NCBI GenBank assembly: GCA_038087875.1
Contig: JAXLNO010000043.1
Coordinates: 62,001-126,000, forward strand
DNA from: Malacoraja senta
Lineage: Eukaryota
Direction: 5' to 3'
Length of the DNA: 64,000 nt
Positions within the stretch are counted from its first letter, which is position 1. Every line of letters begins with the position of its first letter. A program made the translations under genes and the position numbers. Of the stretch, positions 12,631 through 26,800 are shown piece after piece. A model generated the notes under the pieces. It had not been told where the DNA came from, did not search any database, and saw nothing but the letters and a program-made list of their open reading frames with translations.

Positions 12631-15600
12631 GTAAAAGTATATGGCATATCTGAACTGTACCTTGAAATATCTGTCAATAATAACCAAGCCTAACCTCAGC
12701 TAAACGAATGATCTGACATAAGTACCAACTATGATCAGAGAGGGATACTCGTACGATGATGGCTACTATGATTGTCCATGTAACACCAACAGTATTGATA
12801 TACAAGAGGTGTTGAATGGGGGTGAACAAATGTGAAGACAAGGTGTGAAGTGGGCACAAGGGGAAGAACTCAGTAAAACACATGATACTTTATCGTGGAC
12901 CGTATTAATGACCGTCCATCTGCAATACAGGAGGAAAACATAATATAGTCAGAAGACTCAGATAACATCCGTCCAGGCAGAAAAAATATATGATGTCAGA
13001 AGTGAATGATCTTAACACAAGTTCAAACCATGTACCCAGCATTCTCTATTTGTGTCAAGTCTTCCCTTCAGGTTCCTTGTAAATCTTGCTGCTCTCACAT
13101 TAAACCTATGAAATCTGCCTTTTGAGTCTCAATCCTGGGGGAAATGCCCTGCATTCAGCCTATCTATTCCTCTCATGATTTTATACACCTTCATATCATC
13201 ACCCCTCAGTCTCCTTCGCTCCCGGGAATAAATTTCTCACCTCTCCCTGCAGCTCGGTCACACAAGGAAAGAGTAGTGCAGTCGTGCTGTGTTAATGCTA
13301 TCCAACAACTGAATCGCATTTTCCAGCACTTGGGCCGCAGAGTATTATGCCTTAGCCCTCTCTCTCTCTTAAAGAAGGTGATGCTTCCCTTTGAAGCGGT
13401 GTAGAGACAGAAGTGGCGATTTATCCCTCGCATCAAGTGGCTGTGAAACGACCAATAATTGACCAGATCCTCTACTCTGTGCAGTTGGTGAGAACAACAA
13501 GTCAGTAATTGACGCCGATATGTGGGAGTTTGCGAGGCCCCGAAAGGATGGAGCTTCAGAGCATTAAACAACGGGTATATGGATGGTTAAGTTAGCATCA
13601 GATGATCAGAATATGAATTCACTTTGGAGTGACTGAGATGTGATGTAATTTACTCTCTCGAATATATCTGAATCTCGAGTACCCTCTACCCCAGAACAAC
13701 AGTGGTGCCCATTTATTAAATACAAACAGGGTTGGAGCGAAGCTACTTGTGGCCAATAGGAAACTGAAGACCAATGTGACCAGGTAGGAAATAGAACTTG
13801 AGACCAGGATAAGATTGATAATTATGATATTAAATGTCTGAACAGGCTTGAGATTGGCATTGTGTGTGTGGCCGTGTGTAGCTGTGTCCACAGTCGGGGT
13901 TGGGGGGGGGTTGTCATCTCCGAACTCGAGGAACTAGGAATGTGATCTGCCCTCTGCCACTGCTTCCTCGTCTCTACGGCCCACGGACCTCAGTCAGTGA
14001 CGATAGATGACAACATCTCCTCCATAATAACTCTCAACACCGGCGCCCTGCAAGGATGATTTTTCAGTCCCCAACGATACTCTCTTTACACATTTCGTCC
14101 ACAGGTTTGCTGACGACACCACTGTGATGGGCCGGATCAGGAACAATGAGGAGACAGAGTTCAGGAAAGTGATAGTGGACTTACAGACATTGCGTCAGAA
14201 AAATAACCGACCGCTCAATGTCTTCAAGACGAAAGGGGTAGTAATTAACTTCTGGAAGCATAGGGGAAGGCATGACCGAGCTACGGACAATAACGATACG
14301 GAGGACAAGAAGGAGATTGAGAACTTAGTGACTTGGTGTCAGGACATTAACATCTCCGTCAATGTCAGCAAGGCGAAGGAGCTGGCTATTGACTTGGGGA
14401 AAGATGGTGGAGTTGATGCCTTAATCTGCATCGATGGAACGGAAATGAAAATTGTTGACAGGTCATGTTGCTTGGCGTTAATCTTATCAACAATATGTTG
14501 GGGAGCAATCACTTTCATGCGACACTCAAGACGTCACACCTACACCTTTACTTCAGGAGGAGACTGGGAAAAATAATAAACCTGAACCTAAAGCTAAAAC
14601 ATAATGCGCCGCGTATCAGATTCGGATTCAGATTCAGATTCAACTTTATTGTCATTGTGCAGTGTACAGTACAGAGACAACGAAATGCAGTTAGCATCTC
14701 CCTAGAAGAGCGATATAAATATGAGCAGTAAATAAATAAATCTAATGAATCCTGGTGGGAGGAGTGTCCGGTGGGGGGGTGGGGTGATTGGCAGTCACCG
14801 AGGTACAGTGTTGAGTAGTGTAACCGCCGCAGGGAAGAAGCTGTTCCTGAACCTGCTGGTCCGGCAACGGAGAGACCAGTAGCGCCTCCCGGATGGTAGG
14901 AGGGTAAACAGTCTGTGGTAGGGGTGAGTGCAGCCATTGGCGATGCTGAGCGCCCTTCGCAGTCATCGCTCGCTTTGGACAGACTCAATGGTGGGGAGTG
15001 AGGAACCGGTGATGCGTTGGGCAATTTTCACCACCCTCTGCAGTGGTGAAAATCATAGCTACTTACAACAACACAAACCCAGCTGTATGTCTCAGAGCTT
15101 GTAGAAGGAATGCATCATCCATCGTTGTGCACCTCGGCACAGTTAATGAATATATTTTTGCACAAATTGCTCGTTTTGTGTTTTTACAGAAGTCGAATTC
15201 CACAAATGCACTGTGTATTTCCAAGGAGAACGGGATGATGCAATACTGGTAGATAATATAGAGTCATGGTGTCAATGAATCATACAGTGTGGAAACTGGC
15301 CTTTGGTCCCATTTGCCCGCACCCACAAACATGTCCCATCCACACGAGTCCCCCAGGCGTGCGTTTGGCGCGTGTTACTCTAAACCTGCCCTATTCATGT
15401 ACCTATCCAAATATTTCAAACGTTGCGATAGTACGTGCCGCAGCTCTCTGCTCTGGCCGCTGGTTGCATGGACTCTCTCCCCTTTTTTAAATGTTTTATC
15501 CATCATGTTCCTATTAAATATTTCTCCCTTACCTTAAATCTATATACTCTGTTTTTCGATTCGCCTATTCTGTGCAGGGTTCTCCGCGACCTATTATTCT

Positions 15601-16485
15601 CATGGTTTTGTACACAAATGTTCATATTTACAAATACATTCAGGATTTGATGGAAATAATAACAATATTGGTATGGCCTTCTGCATCATCAAATATATCA
15701 TTTGATTCTGTATCTCCACCGCGTTTTTAATCGTAATGGATTCCTCGCCAACAGTCTCTCGTCCTTTCACTGTTTTATTTTATTTTAAATATGTCTTAAA
15801 TGTATGTTTCAATGTTTCTTGCTGTGTTTTATGTAGGGGTGCGGGGGGGGATGATGGGACACTTTTTTCAGTCACTTACCTCGACGGAGATGGGAGTTTT
15901 CTCCGTGTCGCATCTCCGTCCCCCCTGCGGCCTAACAACATGGAGTGGCACGACCCGGAGCCTCGAGCCGCCGGCGCGGCGTAGACTTACCATCGAGGAG
16001 CGTGCGATCCTTTGCCGAGGATCGCCAGCGAAAGTGCTCCTACCGCGGGGACTGTGGACTTCAACATCGTCTAGCCGCCGTCTCCGGTAAGAAGAGGCCA
16101 AGTGGGGAGCTCCATGCCGCGAATATTCCGATTTGTCCCGACGCTGGAGTTTCGATCATCCCGACGCTGGAGGTTCGATCATCCCGACACGAGTTTGAAT
16201 TGATTATGTCCATGTATTGTAGGTCTCATCTGAGTGGATAGCATGCAAAACCGCGCGTTTCACTGTACCTCGGCATGTAATAATAATAAATATAGCCTAA
16301 CCCAAGGCAAACCTAATGATTGGAGATAAGTAATAACTGTGATCAGAGCGGGTCTATTGGTAATATGATGGGGACAAAGAATGTCCACGTGACACACCCG
16401 GTTTTGCTGTACAAGAGAAGTAAAATTCCTCGTATGTTACAAAACCCCTCCTCGCGTATAACCTATTCGAACCCCTCCAACCTGG

Positions 16486-18020
16486 TGATTTCTCGGAGGA
16501 AGCGGGGCGAGGTGTCGGAGAAGGGATGGTGAACCGTATGAGCTTATGATCAGAGAGGGGGAAGAGGCATGGATGGAGGTCGATTTGTGGAGCAGACCAG
16601 GTCAAGGATGTGGCCTTTGTCATGAGAGGGAAAGGTGACGTGCTGAGTGAGAGATAAGTTGTCAAGTGAAAAAGCGAATTCAGATGCGAGCTTGCAGGTG
16701 GGGGATTCCATATGAATATTTAGGTCACCAAGTAGCAGCAGAAGTGGGGAGAGAGATGAGGCAAGTGTGAGGAGTTCCGTGAAGTCAGATAGGAAGGAGA
16801 GGTTTGGTTTAGGTGGCCGGTAAATGAGGATGACGGTCATGGAGGAAAGGGCTTTCAAGGTGAGGAATTCAAATGATGCTACTGGGGGGAGGGGGAGTTC
16901 AGCGATCGGAAAGTTCTGGTTGAAAATATCAGCGATGCCACCTCCATGGCGGGAGGGGCGGGGTTTGGAGATGTAATTAAATCCAGGTGGGGATGCTTGA
17001 TTGAGGGAGAAGAAGACATTGGGTTGTTGCCAGGTTTCAGTGAGCAGATGGAAGTCAAGAGTGTTGTCAAGGATTAGTTCATGGAGGGCAAGGGCTTTGT
17101 TGTTGAGCGACCGGGTGTTGAGGAGGGCAAAGTTGGCATTGTGAGAGGGTGGAGGGATGGGGGCAGGCTGGAGAGATCTGAGGTTGTCCCAGTTGACAGA
17201 GCATGTGGTCAACTGGGATGGGGGGTGACGCGGTTGAGGCGGGGCAGAGCGTGGTAGTGAGCAGATGGATGGAATGGAATGTCCGTGGCCGAAGCAAACA
17301 AGCTTGCGTCGAGAGCCTCTGTGGATGTAATGGGGTCGACACAGAAGTCCAAGTTGTTTAATGATTGGGATGCAGGATGGGGTGTGATTGTTGAAGAGAC
17401 GAGTCAGCCGCAGAGCCGAGTATTTGAGCATGATGAGGAGCCCGAGCAACTGCAGGAAGCAGCAGAGAGCTTGTCCAGCGGTGAGGGCGCTGAGAGGTGT
17501 CCAGCAGAGAAGGCGAAGAGGGGTGTCCAGGTGCGAGGGCGCAGAGAGGCGTCCAGCGGTGAGGGAGCAGAGAGGCCGTCCAATAGAGCGGGTGCAGCGA
17601 GGTGTCCAGCAGTGAGGGAGCAAAGAGGCCGTCCAGCAGTGCAGGTGCAGCGAGGCGTCCAGTAGTGCAGGTGCAGAGAGGCCGTCCAGCAGCGCAGGTG
17701 CAGAGAGGCTGTCCAGCGGTGCGGGTGCAGAGAGGATCCAGCGTCGCTGGTGCAGGGAGGTGTCCAGCATCGATGGTGCACAGACAGGTAACAGACAGGT
17801 TACAAAAGAGGGGGGGAATGGGGGGCGGAGAAGCGGCGAAAAATTAACTGCCAGCTGAAAATCGTTCCACGTCCAGAAACGGCCAAACGCCGCAGGCCAC
17901 CGCAATCGGAGCGACCCTCGAGTGGTCCCTCGTCGGGTGGTAGGTCTCGGCCTCGTCCGAGGTGGAAATTTACCGCAGTCGGCAATTGAAGCCGACTCGC
18001 TATCAGGAGTCGCCACCATT
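16486..18020 (-). mobile_element. Duplicated 5' part of the L2 (APE domain only), unit 3
   Basis: The C-terminal half of ORF 16550-18079 is the L2 APE domain. Confidence 0.9.
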
Positions 18021-21000
18021 TTGTAAAAGTATATGGCATATCTGAAATGTACCTTGAAATATCTGTCAATAATAACCAAGCCTAACCTCAGCTAAACGAA
18101 TGATCTGACATAAGTACCAACTATGATCAGAGATGGATAATCGTCCGATGATGGCTACTATGATTGTCCATGTAACACCAACAGTATTGATATACAAGAG
18201 GTGTTGAATGGGGGTGAACAAATGTGAAGACAAGGTGTGAAGTGGGCACAAGGGGAAGAACTCAGTAAAACACATGATACTTTATCGTGGACCGTATTAA
18301 TGACCGTCCATCTGCAATACAGGAGGAAAACATAATATAGTCAGAAGACTCAGATAACATCCGTCCAGGCAGAAAAAATATATGATGTCAGAAGTGAATG
18401 ATCTTAACACAAGTTCAAACCATGTACCCAGCATTCTCTATTTGTGTCAAGTCTTCCCTTCAGGTTCCTTGTAAATCTTGCTGCTCTCACATTAAACCTA
18501 TGAAATCTGCCTTTTGAGTCTCAATCCTGGGGAAAATGCCCTGCATTCAGCCTATCTATTCCTCTCATGATTTTATACACCTTCATATCATCACCCCTCA
18601 GTCTCCTTCGCTCCCGGGAATAAATTTCTCACCTCTCCCTGCAGCTCGGTCACACAAGGAAAGAGTAGTGCAGTCGTGCTGTGTTAATGCTATCCAACAA
18701 CTGAATCGCATTTTCCAGCACTTGGGCCGCAGAGTATTATGCCTTAGCCGTCTCTCTCTCTTAAAGAAGGTGATGCTTCCCTTTGAAGCGGTGTAGAGAC
18801 AGAAGTGGCGATTTATCCCTCGCATCAAGTGGCTGTGAAACGACCAATAATTGAACAGATCCTCTACTCTGTGCAGTTGGTGAGAACAACAAGTCAGTAA
18901 TTGACGCCGATATGTGGGAGTTTGCGAGGCCCCGAAAGGATGGAGCTTCAGAGCATTAAACAACGGGTATATGGATGGTTACGTTAGCATCAGATGATCA
19001 GAATATGAATTCACTTTGGAGTGACTGAGATGTGATGTAATTTACTCTCTCGAATATATCTGAATCTCGAGTACCCTCTACCCCAGAACAACAGTGGTGC
19101 CCATTTATTAAATACAAACAGGGTTGGAGCGAAGCTACTTGTGGCCAATAGGGAACTGAAGACCAATGTGACCAGGTATGGAATAGAACTTGAGACCAGG
19201 ATAAGGTTGATAATTATGATATTAAATGTCTGAACAGGCTTGAGATTGGCTTTGTGTGTGTGGCCGTGTGTAGCTGTGTCCACAGTCGGGGTTGGGGGGG
19301 TTGTCATCTCCGAACTCCAGGATCTAGGAATGTGATCTGCCCTCTGCCACTGCTTCCTCGTCTCTACGGCCCACGGACCTCAGTCAGTGACGGTAGATGA
19401 CAACATCTCCTCCATAATAACTCTCAACACCGGCGCCCTGCAAGGATGATTTTTCAGTCCCCAACGATACTCTCTTTACACATTTCGTCCACAGGTTTGC
19501 TGACGACACCACTGTGATGGGCCGGATCAGGAACAATGAGGAGACAGGGTTCAGGAAAGTGATAGTGGACTTACAGACATTGCGTGAGAAAAATAACCGA
19601 CCGCTCAATGTCTTCAAGACGAAAGGGGTAGTAATTAACTTCTGGAAGCATAGGGGAAGGCATGACCGAGTTACGGAGTACATGAAGGAGATTGAGAACT
19701 TAGTGACTTGGTGTCAGGACATTAACATCTCCGTCAATGTCAGCAAGGCGAAGGAGCTGGCTATTGACTTGGGGAAAGATGGTGGAGTTGATGCCCTAAT
19801 CTGCATCGATGGAACGGAAATGAAAATTGTTGAGAGGTCATGTTGCTTGGCGTTAATCTTATCAACAATATGTTGGGGAGCAATCACTTTCAAGCGACAC
19901 TCAAGACGTCACACCTACACCTTTACTTCAGGAGGAGACTGGGAAAAATAATAAACCTGAACCTAAAGCTAAAACATAATGCGCCGCGTATCAGATTCAG
20001 ATTCAGATTCAGATTCAACTTTATTGTCATTGTGCAGTGTACAGTACAGAGACAACGAAATGCAGTTAGCATCTCCCTAGAAGAGCGATATAAATATGAG
20101 CAGTAAATAAATAAATCTAATGAATCCTGGTGGGAGGAGTGTCCGGTGGGGGGGTGGGGTGATTGGCAGTCACCGAGGTACAGTGTTGAGTAGTGTAACC
20201 GCCGCAGGGAAGAAGCTGTTCCTGAACCTGCTGGTCCGGCAACGGAGAGACCTGTAGCGCCTCCCGGATGGTAGGAGGGTAAACAGTCTGTGGTTGGGGT
20301 GAGAGCAGCCCTTGGCGATGCTGAGCGCCCTTCGCAGTCATCGCTCGCTTTGGACAGACTCAATGGTGGGGAGTGAGGAACCGGTGATGCGTTGGGCAAT
20401 TTTCACCACCCTCTGCAGTGGTGAAAATCATAGCTATTTGCAACAACACAAACCCAGCTGGATGTCTCAGAGCTTGTAGAAGGAATGCATCATCCATCGT
20501 TGTGCACCCCGGCACAGTTAATGAATATATTTTGCACAAATTGCTCGTTTTGTGTTTTTACAGAAGTCGAATTCCACAAATGCACTGTGCATTTCCAAGG
20601 AGAACGGGATGATGCAATACTGGTAGATAATATAGAGTCATGGTGTCAATGAATCATACAGTGTGGAAACTGGCCTTTCGTCCCATTTGCCCGCACCCAC
20701 AAACATGTCCCATCCACACGAGTCCCCCAGGCGTGCGTTTGGCGCGTGTTACTCTAAACCTGCCCTATTCATGTACCTATCCAAATATTTCAAACGTTGC
20801 GATAGTACGTGCCGCAGCTGTCTGCTCTGGCCGCTGGTTGCATGGATTCTCTCCCCTTTTTAAAATGTTTTATCCATCATGTTCCTATTAAATATTTCTC
20901 CCTTACCTTAAATCTATATACTCTGGTTTTCGATTCGCCTATTCTGTGCAGGGTTCTCCGCGACCTATTATTGTCATGGTTTTGTACACAAATGTTCATA

Positions 21001-21836
21001 TTTACAAATACATTCAGGAATTGATGGAAATAATAACAATATTGGTATGCCTTCTGTATCATCAAATATATCATTTGATTCTGGATCTCCACGGGGTTTT
21101 TAATCGTAATGGATTCCTCGCCAACAGTCTATCTCGTCCTTTCACTGTTTTATTTTATTTTAAATATGTCTTAAATGTATGTTTCAATGTTTCTTGCTGT
21201 GTTTTATGTAGCGGTGCGGGGGGGGATCATGGGACACTTTTTTCAGTCACTTACCTCGACGGAGATGGGAGTTTTCTCCGTGTCGCATCTCCGTCCCCCC
21301 TGCGGCCTAACAACATGGAGTGGCACGACCCGGAGCCTCGAGCCGCCGGCGCGGCGTAGACTTACCATCGAGGAGCGTGCGATCCTTTGCCGAGGATCGC
21401 CAGCGAAAGTGCTCCTACCACGGGGACTGTGGACTTCAACATCGTCTAGCCGCGGTCTCCGGTAAGAAGAGGCCGAGTGGGGAGCTCCATGCCGCGAATA
21501 TTCCGATTTGTCCCGACGCTGGAGTTTCGATCATCCCGACGCTGGAGGTTCGATCATCCCGACGCGAGTTTGAATTGATTATGTCCATGTATTGTAGGTC
21601 TCATCTGAGTGGATAGCATGCAAAACCGCGCGTTTCACTGTACCTCGGCATGTAATAATAATAAATATAGCCTAACCCAAGGCAAACCTAATGATTGGAG
21701 ATAACTAATAACTGTGATCAGAGCGGGTCTATTGGTAATATGATGGGGACAAAGAATGTCCACGTGACACACCCGGTTTTGCTGTACAAGAGAAGTAAAA
21801 TTCCTCGTATGTTGCAAAACATATTTGTCGAATAAA

Positions 21837-21878
21837 ATCTGATTCTGATTCTGATTCTGATTCTGATTCTGATTCTGA
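21837..21878. repeat. (ATTCTG)n microsatellite, probably a LINE tail
   Basis: About 7 direct hexamer copies. Confidence 0.85.
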
Positions 21879-22512
21879 AAAGAATCGTTGTTCACCACAA
21901 ATGAATAGTTCGACAAATGCGAAGAGGGGTTGGGAGGAGGAGAAAGAACACAGTGAAATGCTAATACTGCATTGTGCACCGCCGTTATTGCTTGGCATCT
22001 GAAATACAAGAGGAAAACATGTTAAACCCAGAAGATTCTGACTTGAGAGGACATCGGATCTAATGTCAGAAATGAATGACTTATCAAAGCTCCGATCTTG
22101 TAGAAACAAGTGCACGCCATGTTCTTGTTCCGCAAAGCACACGCCCGCAAACATTGGTGTTGCAGCGCACTCTGGATTCGACTGTAAACTGGCTAGTCAG
22201 CGCATCTCAACATTGCTGCAGAATCAGTTGCTGCCCAACATTTATTGCTCAACAGAAATAAACAAACATAGCTACCTATTACAACTGTCGAGTTGCCTAT
22301 TCAAGGAAATAGTGGTGAACCCTACTGACGAAGATACCACGTGTCGAGAAATGTGCATATAGTGGACCAATAAGCATTCAGTCACACAGCACAGAAATAG
22401 GCCGACAAACTGTCTGTTTGCTCCTGTCCAATTACTAAATTCCATCTACGGGCACTTAATCTGCAAAATATTATGCCCTGGCACTTCCTCTTTTAGGGGA
22501 AGTGATACTTAC

Positions 22513-22923
22513 CTTCGACTCGGGCAGGGACTGAATTCCAGACGTATCCGTCGCATCAAGTAGTTCTGAAAGGGCGAACAATGGTCCAGTTCATCCATTC
22601 TGCGCAGTTGGTAAGAATGACAAGTGAATGTATTGACCCCGACATCGAGACTTCTGCGAGGCCTTTGCAAGATAGATTTGAGGGAATTGCAGCCCGCATA
22701 TGGATTATTACGTTATGATCATCGTTCAGAATAAGAATTCACCTTGGAGTGGCATGAGGTCAGATGTAATGTATTATCGCAGATATATTTGAAACTACAG
22801 TATTATCTACCCCACAAAATGAGGATGACAATTTATGAAACGCAAACATGGTTGGGGCGAACATATCTGTGGCAAATAGGGAAATGAACACTGATGTGAC
22901 CTGGTTGGAAATGAATATTAAAC
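22513..22923 (-). pseudogene. Candidate decayed exon of an unidentified gene (best-preserved copy of a repeated module)
   Basis: On the minus strand, 411 nt lie between acceptor 'gttctag|' and donor '|gtaagt' (22512-22507). Homologous blocks at ~61-170, ~894-995, ~7985-8430, ~13370-13815 and ~18760-19205. It contains stops in all frames read. Confidence 0.35.
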
Positions 22924-23099
22924 CTAGAACAGTTTGTAATTATGATATTGAATTCCAAACAGACTTCATCTTGGCATTGTGCGTATGACGGTGTGTACCT
23001 GTGTCAGCTGGGGAAGGGATGGCAGTTATCTCCAACCCACGGGATCCCGGAATCTGCTCTCCCTCTGTCACTGCTTCCAAGGCTCCAATGCCCACGGAC

Positions 23100-23900
23100 C
23101 TCAGTCAATGAGGAGAGGGGACAGCATCTCCTTCATAATAAATCTCTACATCGATGCCCTGCAACGACTCATTCCCCTAATATTCTCCCTTTACACTCTC
23201 GACTTTACGGATAAATTTGGCTCCAATCATATCTACAGGTTTACGCACAAGCCCACTGTGGTTGGTCAAATCAGGAATAATTGCAATATTGAGTACAGGA
23301 GGGTGATAGAGAACTAAGATACATGGTGTCCGGACAATAATCTGTCCCTCAATGTCAGCAAGACGAAGGAGCTAGTTATTGACTTCAGGAAACATGGTGC
23401 AGGACATGCCCAATCAGCATCAATGTTGCTGAAGTGGAAATAGATGACAGCTTTCCCTTGGTGTTAATACTATCAAAGGTCTGTCGTGGATCACCCACAT
23501 AGATGCAACAATCCAGAAGGCAGACTAACGCCTTTATATCCCGAGGAGACAGAGAAATCTCGTCATGTCTCCAGTGACTGTGCCAAACTTCTGTAGATGC
23601 AGCATAGAAAGCATCATGGAGGGTTCCATAACAGCTTGTTTTGAGAAAAGCTCTGCCTAGGAACACAAGCAATTGGGGAAATTTGTAGATGTAGCCCTGT
23701 CCGTCACACAGACCAGACTTCTCACCACTGATACAATCTACACTCTACTCTGCCTTGGAAATGCAGCCAATGCAACCAATGAGCCGTTTCACCCCGACCA
23801 TTCCTTCTTCTGCCTGCTCCAGTCGGCAGTAAGTACACACGCGGGAAAGCGCGCACCACCAGTAGCTTCTTCTCGTCCGTTATCGGGCTCCTTAAGGGTC
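23100..23900 (+). mobile_element. Degenerate Rex1/Babar RT fragment
   Basis: IYRFTHKPTVVGQIRNN..EYRRVIEN; 'ctcaatgtcagcaagacgaaggagctagttattgacttcagg' = LNVSKTKELVIDFR. Confidence 0.75.
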
Positions 23901-24879
23901 ATCTAGAAGCTATTAGGCTATTTATTTCACATTTCCCAATTGATGACATTGGACTTTTCTCTGGAGCTGATACGCTACATCGCTGAAACTGTATTCTGCT
24001 CTCTGAATCTTCTCCTTTCCTCTATCTGTTATACGTGAGTTTGAAATGATTGTACATATGCACGGACTTCTGTTCTGCCTGGATTACATGCAAACACAGT
24101 TTTTTTCAATGTACCTCGGTATATTTCACAACAATAATCCTAATCCTGAACCTGTACCTGAAACCTAATGTGCCTCGCATCTTAATTGTTTACAACTCCG
24201 CCAAGCTAGTGGGAGGTCTCAAAGGTGAGATAAGTATTGCATCATCTGTCGCTCTAACTGTGCACTTCAGAACAGTTCAATAACAATTTCTGCATCTGCT
24301 TAAATGAATCTTTTGTGTTTTTACACAAAGCTCGAATTCTACAACTGGGAATGTCCATTTCTTAGGACAAAGATAGATCGGAATTACGCAATGCGGTTTG
24401 CGCAGATGTTGTTCATTCTGACAAATTTACGGATAAATCAGGGTTTTGATGAGAATCAAGAACGATATTCAACATGATATTCTATATCATGAACTATAGT
24501 CTACATTCTGTATCTTCATCTTTGCTCTATGTATTGTACGTTTGCAGTGTTTGCACCTACATATGATGTATCTGAACATTTTGAATAACATGGAAAACAA
24601 AGATTTCCACCGTACCCCAGTACCCATGACAGTAATAGACCTTACCTAATGAAACCAAACCTAATAATCTGCGGTGAGTAACAACCATGCCCAGAGCGGT
24701 AATGTTCGTACTATGATGGAGACATAAGACGATGAAGATTGGAGACAATATTGATGTATAAGTGAAGGTGATTAACGGTTGTTAACGACAAATTAATTGT
24801 TGGACAAGTGCAAAGGGAAGGCGCCGAGAGGGGATAGGATGTATCATCGACGCTCGACCCATCTACCATATTAGGCAAA

Positions 24880-25710
24880 TATCATTCTAAACCTAACCTG
24901 TTGATATACCTGTCTAAAAGTTTCTTATACAGTGCGATAGCACCTGCCTCATCCCCTCCCCCTACAGCTCGATCCACACACCTACCATGCTTTGTTTAAA
25001 CAATTGGCCGCTCAGGTTTCTATTAAATCTCTCAACCCGTGCCTTGAACCATGTCCCATTGTTCTCGATTCCCCTACTCTGGTTCAAAGTTTGTGTATTT
25101 ACCCTATATTTTCCTCTCATGATCGTGTATACACGTCCTCCTGTGCTCCAATGAATAAAGACCTAGCCTCCTAAACTTCTCCCTTTCGCTCAGCCACGCA
25201 AGTCCTGGCAACATCCCAGTAAATCTCTTATGTACCCACTTCCAGCTTGACAATATCCTTCCACCAACAGGATGACCAAAACTGGACTCAACACTCTATG
25301 AGGCCTCACCAATGTCTTGTACACGTGTAATATGACCTCCCTACATCTATATACAATATTCTGATTGATGATGGCCTATCTGCCAAACGCCACGTTCAAG
25401 GAGCTACAGTGTGTACCTGCAATGTTGGATCCCTCTTCAACACAACACCGCCCTGACTCCTACAATCCACTATGTAAGTCCTGCGCTGGTTTGACTTCCC
25501 AAAATGCAACTCTTAACGATTATCAGCATTAAACTCCAACACAACTCCTCAGCCCACCTGCTCAACTGCTCAAGGTCCTGCTGTCATTCTTAACAACCAT
25601 CTTCGCTATCGACAATACTACCAACCATGGTGACATCGGCAAACTTATTAATGATGTATACGTTCCCATCCAAATCCTTGATAGAGATGACAAACAGCAA
25701 TGGGTCCAGC
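24880..25710 (-). mobile_element. Old CR1-like RT/3' fragment
   Basis: SVLDPLLFVISIKDLDGNV..INKFADVT..V (ORF 25590-25910), followed by decayed 3' sequence. Confidence 0.65.
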
Positions 25711-25739
25711 ACCGACCACTGAAGTGTGTATGAATCATT

Positions 25740-26480
25740 GGTGACATGCCGAATTTCCTCAGATCCCTTTTGATGTGATTTTGTGGCTGACGCTTCAATA
25801 TGGTCGGTGCCCGACAGATCTTTGGTAATATTAATGCCATGGAATTTCAAGTTGCCGACCATTTCCACTTTGGCCCCATAGGTGCAGATTGGGGCAGGGT
25901 ACTTCATCAAGATTCCTGAAGACAGTAACTAGCTCTTTCGTGTTGCTGGCATTGATTGAGAGAGTGATCTCCGGACACCAACCATATTGCTAAGCTCCCC
26001 GTCTTCCTCTTGTGCCCCGTCTCGTCAGTGTTCATGATCCGCCCACCACAGAGTTGTCACCTGCAGACTTGTAGATGTGGCTTTTTGCCGAATTTGGCCG
26101 CACAGTTCTGAGTGTACAGGAGTCAAGGGGCTGCATCCGAGCCTGTAGCTCTCCACACATTCACTCTCAAGATAGACTGCCACAGTAACCGTTGGTATAG
26201 GTGAATCCGAGACTGATGGAACGGGAAATATTCCTCCAGACATTCTGTACAAAGCGGGCAGAGAATGCATTCAGCTCCTCGGGGAGGGACCCATTGTTGC
26301 CATCGATGTTGCCCGCCTTCGCTTTGTAGCCCGTTCCAGCGTGCAAGCCTTGCCACAATCTGCGGGTATCCGTCTCATTGCCTCGGGTCTCCAGCTTAGC
26401 CCGGAATTCCCTCTTGGCATCCTTAATGTCTCTGCGACAGTCATAGATAGATTTCCCGTGCCGCACGGCATAGACTGTCG
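25740..26480 (-). mobile_element. Rex1/Babar LINE fragment
   Basis: RDIKDAKREFRAKLE...RRLWQGL...LPEELNAFSARF (ORF 26167-26466), plus RT remnants. Confidence 0.7.
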
Positions 26481-26574
26481 TGAACGCTGCAGACTTGGGA
26501 CGGCACGGTGGCGTCGCGGTAGAGTTACTGCCTTGCTGGGTTCGATCCTGACTACGGATGCAGTCCGTTAGGAG

Positions 26575-26800
26575 TTGATATGTTCCCCCCGTGACCTGCG
26601 TGGATTTTGTCCAGGTGCTCCGATTTCATCCCACACACCAAAGTCGCACAGAACAAGTTTGTAGATTAATTAGTTTAATAGAATAGTAAATTGTTCCTGG
26701 TGTTTGTATCACAGTGTTCGTTTACGGGGATCGCTCGTCAGCGCGGACACGTTGGGCCGAAGGGCCTGTTTCCCGGTTGTATCTCTAAACTAAACAAAAG
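26575..26800 (+). mobile_element. HE1-like SINE, 3' portion
   Basis: 'ccccgtgacctgcgtgg...ggtgctccgatttcatcccacac...ggccgaagggcctgtttcc...tctctaaactaaa' resembles a chondrichthyan SINE core with a CR1-like tail. Confidence 0.55.

Larger units (their letters stand above)
5700..21820. repeat. Tandem segmental triplication, period ~5.39 kb
   Basis: Near-identical ORFs recur at offsets of 5385 and 5392 (7289/12674/18066; 7759/13144/18536). Units are ~5700-11056, 11096-16446 and 16486-21820. Confidence 0.97.

Noticed and set aside
16550..18079. 509-aa ORF as a novel or domesticated endonuclease gene
   Set aside because: It is L2 5' repeats read into a truncated APE domain. The frame is not preserved in units 1 and 2, and it ends next to the duplication junction.
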